Assembly: GCA_002269645.1 (NCBI GenBank) | Contig: NIVC01001668.1 | Span: 189,393-253,392, forward strand | DNA: 64,000 bases | Reading direction: 5' to 3' | Source of the DNA: Macrostomum lignano | Taxonomy: Eukaryota | Shown: positions 61,601 to 64,000 of the stretch, in pieces | Layout: each line of letters starts with the position of its first letter | How positions within the stretch are numbered: the first letter of the stretch is position 1 | Position numbers and translations under genes: made by a program | The notes under the pieces: generated by a model | What the model was told of the DNA's origin: nothing | Database searches by the model: none | The model's input: the letters and a program-made list of their open reading frames with translations, nothing else

Positions 61601-63798
61601 AAGAGAAAAGAAAAGATAAAAGAAAGAGAAAATAGAAAAGAAAAAGAGAAGAGAGGAGAGACTGGAAAGAAGAGAGAAGAGAGAGAGAGAAGAGAGAAGA
61701 GAGAAGAGAAGAGAGAGAGAGAGAAGAGAGAAGAGAGAAGAGAGAAGAGAGAAGATAGATGAGAGAAAGAGAGAAGAGAGAGAGAGAAGAGAGAAGAGAA
61801 AAGAGAAAAGAGAAAAGAGAGAAAAGAAAAGAGAAAAGAGAAAAGAGAAAAGAGAAAAGAGAAAAGAGAAAAGAGAAAATAGAAAAGAAAAAAGAGAAGA
61901 GAGGAGAGACAGGAGAGAAGAGAGAAGAGAGAAGAGAGAAGAGAGAAGAGAGAAGAGAGAAGAGAGAAGAGAGAAGAGAGAAGAGAGAAGAGAGAAGAGA
62001 GAAGAGAGAAGAGAGAAGAGAGATGAGAGAAGAGAGAAGAGAGAAGAGAAAAGAGAAAAGATAAAAGAGAAAAGAGAAAATAGAAAAGAAAAAAGAGAAG
62101 AGAGGAGAGACTGGAAAGAAGAGAGAAGAGAGAAGAGAGAAGAGAGAAGAGAGAAGAGAGAAGAGAGAAGAGAGAAGAGAGAAGAGAGAAGAGAGAAGAT
62201 AGATGAGAGAAGAGAGAAGAGAGAAGAGAGAAGAGAGAAGAGAAAAGAGAAAAGAGAAAAGAGAGAAGAGAAAAGAGAAAAGAGAAAAGAGAAAAGAGAA
62301 AAGAGAAAAGAGAAAAGAGAAAAGAGAAAAGAGAAAATAGAAAAGAAAAAAGAGAAGAGAGGAGAGACAGGAGAGAAGAGAGAAGAGAGAAGAGAGAAGA
62401 GAGAAGATAGATGAGAGAAGAGAGAAGAGAGAAGAGAGAAGAGAAAAGAGAAAAGATAAAAGAGAAAAGAGAAAATAGAAAAGAAAAAAGAGAAGAGAGG
62501 AGAGACTGGAAAGAAAGAGAAGAGAAGAGGAAGAGAGAAGAGAGAAGAGAGAAGAGAGAAGAGAGAAGAGAGAAGAGAGAAGAGAGAAGATAGATGAGAG
62601 AAGAGAGAAGAGAGAAGAGAGAAGAGAGAAGAGAAAAGAGAAAAGAGAAAAGAGAGAAGAGAAAAGAGAAAAGAGAAAAGAGAAAAGAGAAAAGAGAAAA
62701 GAGAAAAAGAAAGAGAAAAGAGAAAGAGAAAATAGAAAGAAAAAGAGAAGAGAGGAGAGACAGGAGAGAAGAGAGAAGAGAAGAGAGAAGAGAGAAGAGA
62801 GAAGAGAGAAGAGAGAAGAGAGAAGAGAGAAGAGAGAAGAGAGAAGAGAGAAGATAGATGAGAGAAGAGAGAAGAGAGAAGAGAGAAGAGAAAAGAGAAA
62901 AGAGAAAAGAGAAAATAGAAAAGAGAAAAGAGAAAAGAGAAAAGAGAAAAGAGAAAAGAGAAAAGAGAAAAATAGAGAAAGAGAAGAGAGAGGAGGAGAG
63001 AGAGAAGAGAAAGAGAAGAGAGAAGAGAGAAGAGAGAAGAGAGAGAGAGAAGAGAGAAGATAGATGAGAGAAGAGAGAAGAGAGAAGAGAGAAGAGAAGA
63101 GAGAAAGAGAAAATAGAAAAGAGAAAAGAGAAAATAGAAAATGAAAGAAAAGAGAAAGAGGAGAGACAGGAGAGAAGAGAGAAGAGAGAAAGATAGAAAG
63201 AGAGAAGAGAAGAGAGAAGAGAGAAGAGAGAAGAGAGAAGAGAGAAGAGAGAAAATAGATGAGAGAGAAGAGAGAAGAGAGAAGAAGAGAAGAAAAAGAA
63301 AGAAAAAAGAGAAGAGAGAAGAAAAAAGAGAAGAGAGGAGAGACAGGAAAGAAGAGAGAGGAGAGAGAGAGAGGTAGAGAGAAGAGAGAAGAGAGAAGAG
63401 AGAAGAGAGAAGAGAGAGAGAGAAGAGAGAAGAGAGAAGAGAGAGAGATAGATGAGAGAAGAGAGAAGAGAGAAGAGAGAGAGAGAGAGAAGAAGAGAGA
63501 AGATAGATGAGAGAAGAGAGAAGAGAGAAGAGAGAAGAGAAAAGAGAAAATAGAAAGAAAAAGAGAAGAGGAGAGACAGGAGGAAGAGAAGAGAGAAGAG
63601 AGAGAGAGAAGAGAGAAGAGAGAAGATAGAGAGAGAAGAGAGAAGAGAGAGAGAAAGAAAGAGAAAAGAGAAAAGAGAGAAGAAGAGAAGAAGAAAAGAG
63701 AAAAGAGAAAATAGGAAAGGAAAAAAGAGAAGAGAGGAGAGACAGGAGAGAAGGAGAAGAGAGAGAGAGAAGAGAGAAGAGAGAAGAGAGAAGAGAGA

Positions 63799-63830
<32 letters not shown>

Positions 63831-64000
63831 AGAGAGAGAGAGAAGAGAGAAGAGAGAAAGAGAAGGAGAAGAGAGAGAGAGAGAGAGAGAGAAGAGAGAA
63901 GAGAGAAGAGAGAAGAGAGAAGAGAGAAGAGAGAAGAGAGAAGAGAGAAGAGAGAAGAAGAGAAGAGAGAAGAGAGAAGAGAGAAGAGAGATGAGAGAAG
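58615..64000. mobile_element. Mirror copy of the hAT MITE whose internal GA microsatellite has expanded to more than 5.3 kb
   Basis: TTTAGGA|CAGAGGTCGGCAAG TIR at 58615 mirrors 18982. (GAGAA)n with higher-order units runs from about 58680 to the window end. Confidence 0.88.

Larger units (their letters stand above)
37017..64000 (-). repeat. Right arm of the inverted duplication (extends to the window end)
   Basis: Mirror of 18628-36069 with arm-specific insertions. Confidence 0.93.

Noticed and set aside
59231-63510. Arg/Glu/Lys-rich ORFs
   Set aside because: They are translations of the GA microsatellite.

Overview
Eukaryotic (metazoan) genomic DNA, rich in repeats. The style resembles a repeat-rich invertebrate such as the flatworm Macrostomum, but that is only a guess. 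Bases 1-16.6k hold minus-strand exons of a PDZRN3/4-like PDZ gene whose introns are packed with unrelated minisatellites. From about 18.6k to the window end the sequence is one large inverted duplication centred on a 947-N gap (36070-37016). Each arm carries two tandem DEG/ENaC (ASIC/degenerin-family) channel genes: A and B on +, B' and A' on -. When spliced, these channels contain two tandem six-cysteine kringle-like modules in the extracellular finger region, each bounded by phase-1 introns. This is the most novel-looking signal in the window. Intron 5 of B/B' holds a degenerate tyrosine-recombinase retrotransposon (SAP-gag, RT/RNase H, YR, no methyltransferase) plus a MITE. The arms differ by a solo LTR, an IS630/Tc1 derivative, a MITE and large microsatellite expansions. 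The palindrome may be two haplotypes scaffolded tail-to-tail.
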